Positions 47,122 to 55,914 of a DNA stretch of 64,000 bases are shown here, one piece after another. Position 1 is the stretch's first letter. Each line of letters opens with the position of its first letter. Location: NCBI GenBank assembly GCA_016713785.1, contig JADJOM010000002.1, positions 132,404 through 196,403 on the forward strand. The letters are read 5' to 3'. The notes beneath the pieces are model-generated. The model saw nothing but the letters and a program-made list of their open reading frames with translations, was not told the DNA's origin and did no database searches. The translations under genes were made by a program, and so were the position numbers. This DNA comes from Gemmatimonadota bacterium. Its GTDB lineage: Bacteria; Gemmatimonadota; Gemmatimonadetes; Gemmatimonadales; GWC2-71-9.

Positions 47122-48360
47122 ATGCCCCGCTTCAATCCCACGCGGTTCCCCCCCGGGTTCTTCGACCTCCCGCCCGATGCCGGCCAGCGGCTGCCGCTGG
47201 ACGTCATCGCCGCGTGGACCCGCAGCGAGCAGACCCACGCGCGCGCCTGCGCGCTGCTGGCGCCGTGCACGCTGCGCGGGCTGGTGGTCTGCACCGACAC
47301 CGCGGGGCTCACCCGGCTCTCGGCGGAGCGGTCGCTCATCGAGATCCTGGCGATGGTGAGCCGGCCCAAGGAGCTGGTGCACGCCTATGGGCGGGCCATC
47401 GGCGGGCAGCCCATCGGCGTCTGGGCGGCGGACAACACCCAGATGTTCTTCCCTGAGGGCGTGGCGCCGGACCACGTGGTGGGCATGCTGCTGACCTTGA
47501 TGGACCGGATCCGCGCCGAGTGCGAGGTGGGGATCGGCGTCTGTGTGCACGAGGGGGTGTTCTACGAGCTGGGCCAGAGCCTCTACGGCCCCGACGCCGA
47601 CCGGGTGGAGGCGATCGCGGAGGACTTCACCGCGGCCCACGAGCTGGTGGTCACCGGCGAGGCGGCCCGCCGGCTGGGCGAGACGGCGCACTTCCTTTAC
47701 GAGCCACGCGCGGACCTGGCGGAGCGCTTCGGCGAGGTGCGGCGGGTGGTGGATGGGCCGCGGCTCGGCGGGATCGCCGCGAGCGACTTCCGCTACCCGC
47801 TCCCCTTCACGGAGGAGTTCTTCGGCGGGCTCGGGGAGTTCCAGCGCACCCGGCGGACCTCCGTGGTGCCGCGCCCGGCCTACCGCGACCTGGCGGTGGT
47901 GGTCATCGACGTGGAGCGGGAGGACCGCGAGGTGCCGGAGCTGGCCGCGCTCAACGACCTGGCGCTCGCCGCGGCGGTGACGCGGCTGGGCAACTCGCTG
48001 GTCGAGGACCTGGCCGGGGCGGAGGTCAAGTCCACCACCGGCACCAGCATCTATCACTTTGACGGGGCGCGGCAGGCGCTGGCCTTTGCGCGGAAGCTGC
48101 GCGATACCCTCGCCGCGCAGGGGGTGCAGCTGCGGGTGGGGATCGACGTGGGCCGGGTGCTGCTGTTCGAGCTCGGCCCCGGCCTGCGCGACGTGGCCGG
48201 CTCCCCGGTCAACGTGGCCGCCAAGCTGGCGCAGGACGCCGGCGTCTTCGGCGTGATCCACCTCACCGCCGCCGCCGCGCGGCAGGCCGGCCTCCCCGAC
48301 GTGACCGCGGCGCGCGCGGTGCGGGTCGGGGGCGTGACGATCGAGGCGGTGGCCGTCTAG
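47122..48360 (+). CDS. protein with two class III nucleotidyl-cyclase-like domains (tentative)
   Basis: Two halves each show the cyclase-homology pattern: VVCTDTAGLT..WAADN..GVCVHEGVFYE..GPDADRVEAIAED and VVIDVE..KSTTGTS..RVGIDVGRVLL..GSPVNVAAKLAQDAG. Confidence 0.55.
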   Translation: MPRFNPTRFPPGFFDLPPDAGQRLPLDVIAAWTRSEQTHARACALLAPCTLRGLVVCTDTAGLTRLSAERSLIEILAMVSRPKELVHAYGRAIGGQPIGVWAADNTQMFFPEGVAPDHVVGMLLTLMDRIRAECEVGIGVCVHEGVFYELGQSLYGPDADRVEAIAEDFTAAHELVVTGEAARRLGETAHFLYEPRADLAERFGEVRRVVDGPRLGGIAASDFRYPLPFTEEFFGGLGEFQRTRRTSVVPRPAYRDLAVVVIDVEREDREVPELAALNDLALAAAVTRLGNSLVEDLAGAEVKSTTGTSIYHFDGARQALAFARKLRDTLAAQGVQLRVGIDVGRVLLFELGPGLRDVAGSPVNVAAKLAQDAGVFGVIHLTAAAARQAGLPDVTAARAVRVGGVTIEAVAV

Positions 48361-48398
48361 CCCCCGGCACGGGCGCGCTCCGGTTACCATTCCACCCC

Positions 48399-49823
48399 AT
48401 GCGTACCCGATCGCTCCTCGCCCTGCTGGCGCTGCTGCTCGCGCCCCGCGCCCTGGCAGCCCAGCAGCCGGCCTTCGACTGGCCCGCCCTGCGGGATGAG
48501 GCCAGCCGGCTCCTCTCCGAGTACCTCCGGATCAACTCCACCAATCCACCGGGCAACGAGCTGGCCACCGCCCGCTGGCTCCAGGAGGTGCTGGCGCGCG
48601 AGGGGATCGAGGGGCAGATCCTCGATACCGCCGAGCTCGGGCCCGGCCGCGCCAACTTCTACGCGCGGCTGCGGGGCAGCGGCGGAGGGCGGGCCATCGC
48701 GCTGGTGCATCACATGGACGTGGTGCCGGTGACTCCCTCGCAGTGGACCCGCGACGCTTTCGGCGGGGAGATCGTGAACGGCGAGGTCTGGGGCCGGGGC
48801 GCCATCGACATGAAGGGCCACGGCATCATCCAGCTCATGGCGCTGATCGCCCTCAAGCGCGCCGGGGTGACGCTCGATCGCGACCTCGTCTACATCGCCA
48901 ACGCGGACGAGGAGACCGACGGCCGCGGGGCGATCGTGTTCGTCGAACGGCACCGCGACCTGCTGGCCGGGGTGGAGTACCTGCTCACCGAGGGCGCCGA
49001 CACCCGCGTCGAGGGTGGCGCGGTGCGCTGGTTCGGAATCGACGTGGGTGAGAAGCGGCCGCTGTGGACCCGGCTGGTGGTGCGGGGCACCACCAGCCAC
49101 GGCTCGGTGCCCATCGGCGACCAGAACCCGGTGCCGGTGCTGGCGCGGGCGGTGGCCCGGGTGGCGGCGTGGCAGACCCCGCTGACCCTCTCCCCGGCTG
49201 TGGAACGCTTCCTCAAGGCGCAGGCGGCGGTGGAGACGGGGCCGGGCCGGCGCTGGCTCGCCGAGCCCGCCGCGGCGTTGCGCTCGCCGGCGGGCCGCGC
49301 CTGGCTCACCAGCGAGCCGGAGCGGAACGCGCTGCTCCGCAATACCATTTCGCCCACGGTGCTGGTCGGCTCCAACAAGACCAACACCATTCCCCAGGTG
49401 GCCACCGCCGACCTCGACATCCGCCTGCTCCCCGACCAGGACCCGGCGGCCTTCCTCGCGGAGCTCCGCCGCGTCATCGCCGACCCGCGCGTGACGCTGG
49501 AGGAGATCGCGCCCCTCCCGCCCCGCTACAGCGCGCCGCTCGGCACCGAGCTGTTCCGTGCCATCGAGGCCACCGCCGCGGAGCTGCTGCCCGGCGTGCC
49601 CGTGGCCACGCCCATCAGCCCCGGCGCCTCCGACCGGCCCAGCTATGCCGCCGCGGGCATCGTCACCTACGGCCTCGATCCCTACCTGATCCCCATCGAC
49701 GAGAACCGCTACCAGGTGCATGGCAACGACGAGCGAATCTCGGTCGAGAATGTTGGCTTTGGTGTCCGATTCTACGTCCTGCTGCTGCAGCGGTTTGCGC
49801 GGGCGCCGGCGAAAGCGTCGTGA
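48399..49823 (+). CDS. M20/M25/M40 family metallo-hydrolase (secreted)
   Basis: Signal peptide present. Motifs LVHHMDVVP, GRGAIDMKG, ADEETDG. Confidence 0.9.
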   Translation: MRTRSLLALLALLLAPRALAAQQPAFDWPALRDEASRLLSEYLRINSTNPPGNELATARWLQEVLAREGIEGQILDTAELGPGRANFYARLRGSGGGRAIALVHHMDVVPVTPSQWTRDAFGGEIVNGEVWGRGAIDMKGHGIIQLMALIALKRAGVTLDRDLVYIANADEETDGRGAIVFVERHRDLLAGVEYLLTEGADTRVEGGAVRWFGIDVGEKRPLWTRLVVRGTTSHGSVPIGDQNPVPVLARAVARVAAWQTPLTLSPAVERFLKAQAAVETGPGRRWLAEPAAALRSPAGRAWLTSEPERNALLRNTISPTVLVGSNKTNTIPQVATADLDIRLLPDQDPAAFLAELRRVIADPRVTLEEIAPLPPRYSAPLGTELFRAIEATAAELLPGVPVATPISPGASDRPSYAAAGIVTYGLDPYLIPIDENRYQVHGNDERISVENVGFGVRFYVLLLQRFARAPAKAS

Positions 49824-49945
49824 AATCACCGTACGCCGGAGTATGAAGATGCGGGATGCTCTTCCATTCGGTGCCATGAATCGCCATTTTAGCACTCCCG
49901 TCAGATTCACCCGCCCCGACCGAGGGCGACACGGAGACCCCATAC

Positions 49946-50263
49946 ATGGCAAAGAAGCAGCCCGCGATGCGCCGCGCGGCCTCACGGACCTCGAAGCCCG
50001 CCCCGAAGGTGACGCTGCCGGCCGCCCGGGCGCGCCGGGTCAACTCCAAGCTGCCGCCCGGCATCTGTCGCGTGGACCAGGCCAGCACCCGCACCTTCGG
50101 GTTCGTGGTCCGGGTCGGTCACCGGCGCTCGGCGAAGGGCTGGCGCCCCAAGTTCACCGCCTACTTCGGCGACTTCTCCAACGGTGGCAAGAAGCAGGCG
50201 CTCGCCGCGGCGGTGAAGTGGCTCAAGACGCTCGAGCGCACCGGCAAGGCGCCCGCGAAGTAA
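49946..50263 (+). CDS. small basic protein, AP2-like DNA-binding fold (tentative)
   Basis: 105 aa, Lys/Arg-rich. GICRVDQ..FGFVVRV...FTAYFGDFSNGGKKQALAAAVKWL resembles the AP2 strand-strand-strand-helix layout. The upstream region has lower GC. Confidence 0.55.
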   Translation: MAKKQPAMRRAASRTSKPAPKVTLPAARARRVNSKLPPGICRVDQASTRTFGFVVRVGHRRSAKGWRPKFTAYFGDFSNGGKKQALAAAVKWLKTLERTGKAPAK

Positions 50264-50676
50264 CCGCCGGCCGGGCGGCCCGCCTGGCCGTCCTCCTGCT
50301 CGCCGGTACGGCGGTGGCGTCTCCGCCACCGCTCCACGCCCAGACGTCCACGCTCGTCCATCCCGGGGCCCGGGTGCAGGTCACGGCCCCGGTGCTGGGC
50401 GCCGGCTGGCTTCGCGGCGCCTTCGCCAGCGCCCGGGTGCGCGACCGGCTCTGCCTCGGCGTGGCGGTCGAGCCGAAGGACGCCAGCACCGGCCCGCTCT
50501 TCGTCCTGCTGCGCGGCATCACCGCCCTCAAGGTGGACCGCCGGACCAACGCCGACGTCCGGATCGCGATCGCACTCCCGGAGGCCGCGGACAGCGACTG
50601 GGAGGTGATCAGCCTCGACCGGCTGGCCGCGCAGGACACGGCCTGCCGCACGCCCGCTCCCGCCACGCCCCGATAA
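50218..50676 (+). CDS. secreted hypothetical protein (start uncertain)
   Basis: Hydrophobic LAVLLLAGTAVASPPPLHAQ followed by a ~110-aa domain. The only in-frame canonical start is GTG 50218, inside the upstream gene. Confidence 0.4.
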   Translation: MAQDARAHRQGAREVTAGRAARLAVLLLAGTAVASPPPLHAQTSTLVHPGARVQVTAPVLGAGWLRGAFASARVRDRLCLGVAVEPKDASTGPLFVLLRGITALKVDRRTNADVRIAIALPEAADSDWEVISLDRLAAQDTACRTPAPATPR

Positions 50677-50781
50677 TCCCCCGCCCCGGCCCCCGGCGCC
50701 GGCCGGGGGCCGCTCTTGCGCCGCCCCCGCCCCGCCCGCATCATGTCGTCATCTCCTCCCCCTCCCTTCTCTGGAGTATCC

Positions 50782-51267
50782 ATGCGCATGATGTCCCGCC
50801 TGCTGAACGGCCTCGCCCTCGGCGCCGTGCTCGCCTGCAGCCCAGCTCCCACGCACGACGTCGCGGCCGATGCCCAGGCCATCCGGGATATCGATGCCAG
50901 GTGGAACGAATACATCGTGGCGAAGAACGACTCGGCCATCGCCGCGATCTACGACAGCAACGCGGTCCTGATGCCGCCGAACATGCCGGCCCTGAACGGC
51001 GCGGGCCCGATCCGCGCCTTCTGGGCCGGGCTGTGGGGGATCAACGTCAGCCTGACGCTCGCGGTGGACGAGGTGATCGTGGATGGCGACCTGGCGCTGG
51101 ACCGGGGCCGGTACACCTTCAGCGTCCCCCAGCCCGATGGCAGCCAGGCCAGCGAGACCGGCAAGTACCTCGTGGGGTGGCGCCGCATCGGCGGCCAGTG
51201 GAAGGCCGTGAGCGACATCTACAACAGCGACACCCCGCCGGCGCCCGCCCCAGCGCCCGCCAAGTAG
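50782..51267 (+). CDS. SnoaL/DUF4440-like (NTF2 fold) lipoprotein
   Basis: GGAG lies before ATG 50782. Lipobox GAVLAC. AIRDIDARWNEY...GKYLVGWRRIGGQWKAVSDIYN. Confidence 0.75.
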   Translation: MRMMSRLLNGLALGAVLACSPAPTHDVAADAQAIRDIDARWNEYIVAKNDSAIAAIYDSNAVLMPPNMPALNGAGPIRAFWAGLWGINVSLTLAVDEVIVDGDLALDRGRYTFSVPQPDGSQASETGKYLVGWRRIGGQWKAVSDIYNSDTPPAPAPAPAK

Positions 51268-51293
51268 GGCCACCGGGGGACAGCGGGAGCGCC

Positions 51294-51809
51294 ATGACGG
51301 TGCCGGAGTTCCTCCGGAGCGAGCCGGACCTCTCGGGGTCGCTGCACGCCTTCCGCGAACGCCTCGCGGAGACCGTCTCGTGGTGTGGCCGCAAGGCGGG
51401 GCAGCCGGACCTCGGGGGGGTGCTGCGCACCGCGGACCTCTCGCCGCCCCCCGCCACCCCGTGGCCCGAGACCGTCCGCGCGGTGGCAGACCAGCGCCTG
51501 CTGCTGCTGGGGCGGAGCTGGCGGCGGTCCCTCGATCCGCTGGGTGGCGGGATGCTGCTGGTGTATTTCCCGACGCCGCCGCATTCGGGGGGAGCAGCGC
51601 GGGCGGCCAGCCATGGCTACTTTGATGACCGGGACGCGCCACCCTGGGACACCTGGGTGGCGTACCTGGAGGAACCTGGGCGCAGCTACGTGGTAGCATG
51701 GGTACCGCCCCAGGGGCTCGAGTCGGCCACCGCCGGCATCGAGGCCGCCCGTTCCTTGGCCTGGCTCGAAACCTCCGGTGTGGGCTTCCGGCTCCCACCG
51801 CGCGTCTGA
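51294..51809 (+). CDS. hypothetical protein
   Basis: 171-aa ORF with good GC3 bias. I recognise no family. Confidence 0.55.
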   Translation: MTVPEFLRSEPDLSGSLHAFRERLAETVSWCGRKAGQPDLGGVLRTADLSPPPATPWPETVRAVADQRLLLLGRSWRRSLDPLGGGMLLVYFPTPPHSGGAARAASHGYFDDRDAPPWDTWVAYLEEPGRSYVVAWVPPQGLESATAGIEAARSLAWLETSGVGFRLPPRV

Positions 51810-51829
51810 GCAGGAGGAAAGCAGATTCC

Positions 51830-52087
51830 ATGACCACCGACCGCACCCTCCGTCGGCACGAGATCGCCGTCCGGGCCCGGGCCTACCTCCAGGGGCTGGT
51901 GCCCCGGAGCACCGTGCTCGAAGGGCTCGAGGCCAGCGACTGGGAGGACCCCGTCCTCCGCCCGCTGCTCGAGACCATCCAGAACGCGCCCAAGAAGTCC
52001 CGCTTTTCCGGCCTCTGGGGCCGGGCCTACGACGCGTTCGTGGCCCAGACCGAGGCCCTCATCGACGCCGCCGACCGCACGCCGTAG
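51830..52087 (+). CDS. hypothetical small protein
   Basis: AGGAGG lies 12 nt upstream of the ATG. 85 aa. Confidence 0.5.
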   Translation: MTTDRTLRRHEIAVRARAYLQGLVPRSTVLEGLEASDWEDPVLRPLLETIQNAPKKSRFSGLWGRAYDAFVAQTEALIDAADRTP

Positions 52088-52132
52088 CGCGGCGGTCCGC
52101 TCCCCGTTCACCCCGGTTCCCGAGGACCTTCC

Positions 52133-52543
52133 ATGCGTCGTGCCGTCCTGCTCCTGATCGCCGGTGCCGTCGCCGCCTGCGGTGGCGGGACCGACTCCAA
52201 CGGCCCGCCGGCCTCCCCGTACACCGTCACGGTGGTCTCCCAGTCGCAGAGCGGGGGCAACGGCGCCGTCTGGAGCGACGTCATCACCTTCGAGGTGAAG
52301 GACAAGTCCAGCAGCGCGCCCATCCAGGGCGCCACGGTGGTGACCCAGACCACGGCCGGCACCGTCACCACGCTCCCGCTGGTGACCGCCGCCAACGGCC
52401 GGGTCACCGGCACCTGGACCATCGACATCGTGGACCAGACCTCCGGCATCATCCACGCCCTCGCCATGTGCGCGCCCGAGGTGGGCAGCAGCATCTGCAA
52501 GACCAAGTTCGGCGACGACAACACCATCAAGATCACGTTCTAG
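52133..52543 (+). CDS. lipoprotein with Ig-like beta domain
   Basis: Lipobox LIAGAVAAC. The remainder is beta-rich. Confidence 0.7.
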   Translation: MRRAVLLLIAGAVAACGGGTDSNGPPASPYTVTVVSQSQSGGNGAVWSDVITFEVKDKSSSAPIQGATVVTQTTAGTVTTLPLVTAANGRVTGTWTIDIVDQTSGIIHALAMCAPEVGSSICKTKFGDDNTIKITF

Positions 52544-52890
52544 TGCCGCTGGCCCCGCTCGACACGGCAAGCGCCGCCCAGTGGCTGGCGGCGCTTCCCG
52601 AGACCTCGCTCACCCTCCTCTACAAGCACAGCACCCGCTGCGGCGTCTCCCTGGACGCCAGCATGGAGCTGGGCGGGTTCGTGGCCGCCCATCCGGAGGT
52701 GATGGCGTGGCAGGTGGACGTCCTCCGGCAGCGGGCGCTGTCGCAGGACTTCGCCCGGCTGCTCGACATCCCCCACCAGTCGCCGCAGGTCATCCTGCTG
52801 CGCGGCGGCCGGCCCATCTGGCACACCTCCCACCAGCGCATCACCAGCGGCGCGCTGGCCGAACGGCTCGCGGCCGCCCGCGCGGGCTGA
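52543..52890 (+). CDS. ytxJ: YtxJ-like monothiol thioredoxin-fold protein (bacillithiol system)
   Basis: LLYKHSTRCGVS motif. 115 aa. The GTG overlaps the upstream TAG. Confidence 0.65.
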   Translation: MPLAPLDTASAAQWLAALPETSLTLLYKHSTRCGVSLDASMELGGFVAAHPEVMAWQVDVLRQRALSQDFARLLDIPHQSPQVILLRGGRPIWHTSHQRITSGALAERLAAARAG

Positions 52891-53298
52891 TCACCCCGCG
52901 CCCTCCGCGGCGCGGGCCTCCCGTTCAAACCGGTTGTCACGATAGAGATCGCCGCCCCCGCACCGGGCGGCCACGCTGGCGCCCAGGTAGAGCAGCGGGA
53001 AGAGCGGCCCGTAGCGCTCGAACTGCCGCACGTGGACGCGCTCGTGTGCGCGGGTGCGCTCGAGGTCGTCCTGGCCCTGCGCCAGCACCACGTGACCCAG
53101 CGTGATCGCGGCGATCGCCATCGGGGGATAGCCGCGCCGGAGCAGCGGGGCCAGCGGGCCGCCAGCCGCCTCGAGGACCCCATCGCGCCACGAAAGCCGG
53201 GCGCCGCCCAGGCGCCCGACGAGCGCCGCGAGCACGCCGACCAGCGTCACCGGCAGGGCCCAGAGATACGCCACGGCGCGCGCCGCGGGAGCGGGCAT
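52891..53298 (-). CDS. membrane protein with HExxH motif
   Basis: Two or three hydrophobic helices followed by RAHERVHVRQFERYG. Confidence 0.55.
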   Translation of the reverse strand: MPAPAARAVAYLWALPVTLVGVLAALVGRLGGARLSWRDGVLEAAGGPLAPLLRRGYPPMAIAAITLGHVVLAQGQDDLERTRAHERVHVRQFERYGPLFPLLYLGASVAARCGGGDLYRDNRFEREARAAEGAG

Positions 53299-53309
53299 GC
53301 GGCGGGATC

Positions 53310-53696
53310 CTAGCGCCGGCGCTCGCACATCAGCGCGAGCGTGTTCCCCTCGCTGTCGGCGAGGAAGGCCATCCACAGGTCGTGCTCAGGCATCCGGACC
53401 ACCAGGTGCGGCTCGGCGGCGAAGGCGGCGCCCGCCGCGGCCAGCCGGTCGGCGGCGGCGTGGATGTCGGTCACCCGGTAGTACAGGATGGACGCGGGAT
53501 GGTCGTACGTCGGGTCGGTGGGGACCGCGAGCATCAGCCGCACGCCGCCGGCGTCGAAGAACGCCATGCCCGGGACCTCGAAGAGCAGCGGCAGGCCCAG
53601 CACGTCGCGGTAGAAGGCGGTGGCGCGCGCCACGTCGTGCACCGTCACCGCGATCTGGCCGATGGCCGTCAGCGCCGTCCCGTCGGCGGGCGTCAC
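53310..53696 (-). CDS. VOC (glyoxalase/bleomycin-resistance) family protein
   Basis: IGQIAVTVHDVARATAFYRDVLGL...FLADSEGNTLALM. GTGA overlap with the upstream gene. Confidence 0.8.
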   Translation of the reverse strand: MTPADGTALTAIGQIAVTVHDVARATAFYRDVLGLPLLFEVPGMAFFDAGGVRLMLAVPTDPTYDHPASILYYRVTDIHAAADRLAAAGAAFAAEPHLVVRMPEHDLWMAFLADSEGNTLALMCERRR

Positions 53697-54070
53697 GGCA
53701 GCCGGCGCAGCGCCAGGAGCGAGAGCGCCACCCCCGCCAGCTCGATCAGCAGGAAGGGCACCAGGCGCGGGCTCACGCTCCGTTCCGCCGCGAAGCCGAG
53801 CAGGCGCCCCGCGGCGAAGCCGCCGAGCGCGAGCGCGTTGGCCACCAGGCCGGGGGCCACCCAGTCGGCCCGCCGGGCGGCCAGCAGCAGGAAGATCCCG
53901 AACGCCAGGTCGAAGCCGCCGTAGGTGGCGCGCAGGTCGGTCCGCGCCATGGCCGTGGGCAGCGCGATCTCGAGCCACGCGGCCCAGCTCACCGGCCGGA
54001 ACAGGAACCCCACCCCGATGGCCACGAAGGTCACGCCGATCACGCCGAGGATCCAGCGCGCCAGGGTCAT
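53693..54070 (-). CDS. DUF4345-like membrane protein
   Basis: 125 aa with four helices. RATYGGFDLAFG motif. Confidence 0.6.
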   Translation of the reverse strand: MTLARWILGVIGVTFVAIGVGFLFRPVSWAAWLEIALPTAMARTDLRATYGGFDLAFGIFLLLAARRADWVAPGLVANALALGGFAAGRLLGFAAERSVSPRLVPFLLIELAGVALSLLALRRLP

Positions 54071-54080
54071 CGCGCCGGCC

Positions 54081-55790
54081 TCACCGCAGGGTGGGCGCGA
54101 AGGTGGAGTCGCGCCACACCGGCCGCCCCTCGAGCAGTGTGAGGAGCACCCGGGCCGTGTGCAGCTCGGTGGCCGGCAGCGCAAAGAGGTCGCGGTCGAG
54201 CACGATCAGGTCGGCCAGCTTGCCGGCCACCAGGCTGCCGGTCTCGCGCTCGGCGTGCTGGGCCCAGGCGGCGTTGATGGTGTAGGCGGCGAGCATCCGC
54301 GGCAGGTCGGCGCGCTCCTCGGGGAGCCACGCCGCGCCGTCGGGCCGGTTGAGCTCGTGCCGGGTGACGGCCACCTCGATCGCGTCGAGCGGATTGAGGG
54401 TCGAGACGGTCCAGTCGCTGCCGCCCGCTACCACCGCCCCGCTCGCGAGCATGCTGCCGATCGGGTAGAGCCAGCGCGAGCGGGCCGGCCCGAGCGCCGG
54501 CTCGGTGAGGTCGGCGATGTACTCGTCACGCTGGGCCCAGAAGGGCTGGAAGCTGGCCACCACGCCCAGGGCGCGGAAGCGGGGCAGGTCGGCGGGATCG
54601 AACAGCTCGATGTGCGCCAGCACCGGCCGCGCGTCGCGCGAGGGATGCGCCTCGCGGGCCCGGGCCAGCGCGTCGAGGGTCACCCGGATGGCGCGGTCGC
54701 CGATCGCGTGGACGTGGACCTGGAACCCCTCGCGATCGAAGCGGAGGATCCGTTCCTCCAGGGCCTCCGGCGCATACACCAGTGGGCCGGCGTCGCCGGG
54801 CCGGTCGAGGTACGGCGCCAGCAGCGCCGCGGTGCGCGCCTCGAGGACGCCGTCGGCGTAGAGCTTCACCGTGCCGGCCCGCACCCGCGAGGCGAACCGC
54901 GCACGGTCACGCAGGGCGCGCAGCCTGGGCACCATGCTGTCGAGCGGGACGTCCTCGTGGTCCCGGAGCGCGGCGGTGACCCGCGCGGTGAGCTCGTTGC
55001 GCTCGTCCACCGCGAGGTAGGCATCGAGGTAGTCCTCGCCCACGTCGGCGTCGGTGATGCTGGTGATCCCGAACCGGTTGGCCTCCGCCAGGGCCCGGCG
55101 CACCGCGCCGATCCGTTCCTCCCGCGAGTACGGGGGGAGCAGGCGGCTCACCAGCCCGATCGCCGACTCGCGCAGGGTGCCGCTCGGCTCGCGGGTGCGC
55201 GGATCGCGCTCGATCCGGCCGCCCGGCGGGTCCGGCGTCTCCCGGGTGACGCCGGCGAGCGCCAGCGCGCGGGAGTTGACCCACGCGGAGTGCCCGTCCG
55301 CGGCATAGAAGAAAGCCGGGCGGTCGGGCACCACGCGGTCGAGGAGAGCGCGGCCGGGATTCGCGCCCGGGAAGACCGGCAGCTGCCAGCCGTTGCCGCG
55401 CACCCACGGCAGGTCGGGATGGGCGTCAGCGTAGGCGTGGATCACGCCCTCGATCTCCGCCGCGGTCCGCGCCTCGTACAGGTTGCACTCGCGCAGCTCG
55501 AGCCCGCCGGACAGCGGGTGGGCGTGGGTGTCGCCGAAGCCCGGCAGCACCATCTTCCCCTCCAGCTCGATCACCTGCGTCCCGCCACCCACGAAGCGCT
55601 CGGCGCCGGCCACGTCGCCCACGTACACCAGGCGCCCCTCGCGGATGGCCACCGCCTCGGCCCAGGGGCGCTCCGGCTCCGCCGTCCACACCACGCCGTC
55701 ACGCAGCACCAGGTCGGCCGGCGTGGCCGGCGGCCGACGCTCCAGGTGGCAGCTGGTGAGGAGGGCAAGGAAGAGCAGGGATCCGGCCAT
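54081..55790 (-). CDS. amidohydrolase-3 family metal-dependent hydrolase (lipoprotein)
   Basis: Lipobox LALLTSC. Metal site PGFGDTHAHP. Family-typical length. Confidence 0.85.
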   Translation of the reverse strand: MAGSLLFLALLTSCHLERRPPATPADLVLRDGVVWTAEPERPWAEAVAIREGRLVYVGDVAGAERFVGGGTQVIELEGKMVLPGFGDTHAHPLSGGLELRECNLYEARTAAEIEGVIHAYADAHPDLPWVRGNGWQLPVFPGANPGRALLDRVVPDRPAFFYAADGHSAWVNSRALALAGVTRETPDPPGGRIERDPRTREPSGTLRESAIGLVSRLLPPYSREERIGAVRRALAEANRFGITSITDADVGEDYLDAYLAVDERNELTARVTAALRDHEDVPLDSMVPRLRALRDRARFASRVRAGTVKLYADGVLEARTAALLAPYLDRPGDAGPLVYAPEALEERILRFDREGFQVHVHAIGDRAIRVTLDALARAREAHPSRDARPVLAHIELFDPADLPRFRALGVVASFQPFWAQRDEYIADLTEPALGPARSRWLYPIGSMLASGAVVAGGSDWTVSTLNPLDAIEVAVTRHELNRPDGAAWLPEERADLPRMLAAYTINAAWAQHAERETGSLVAGKLADLIVLDRDLFALPATELHTARVLLTLLEGRPVWRDSTFAPTLR

Positions 55791-55914
55791 CGACCCTGGC
55801 CGGCGGGGCCGCGTCGCGCAGGCACGACCGCAGGGGTGCGGGGAGGGGAGGCATCGGTGCTGCCGGAGCGACGCGGCCCCGCGGCCGCGGAAGCCGTTGA
55901 GGCCGCTGAGGCCG

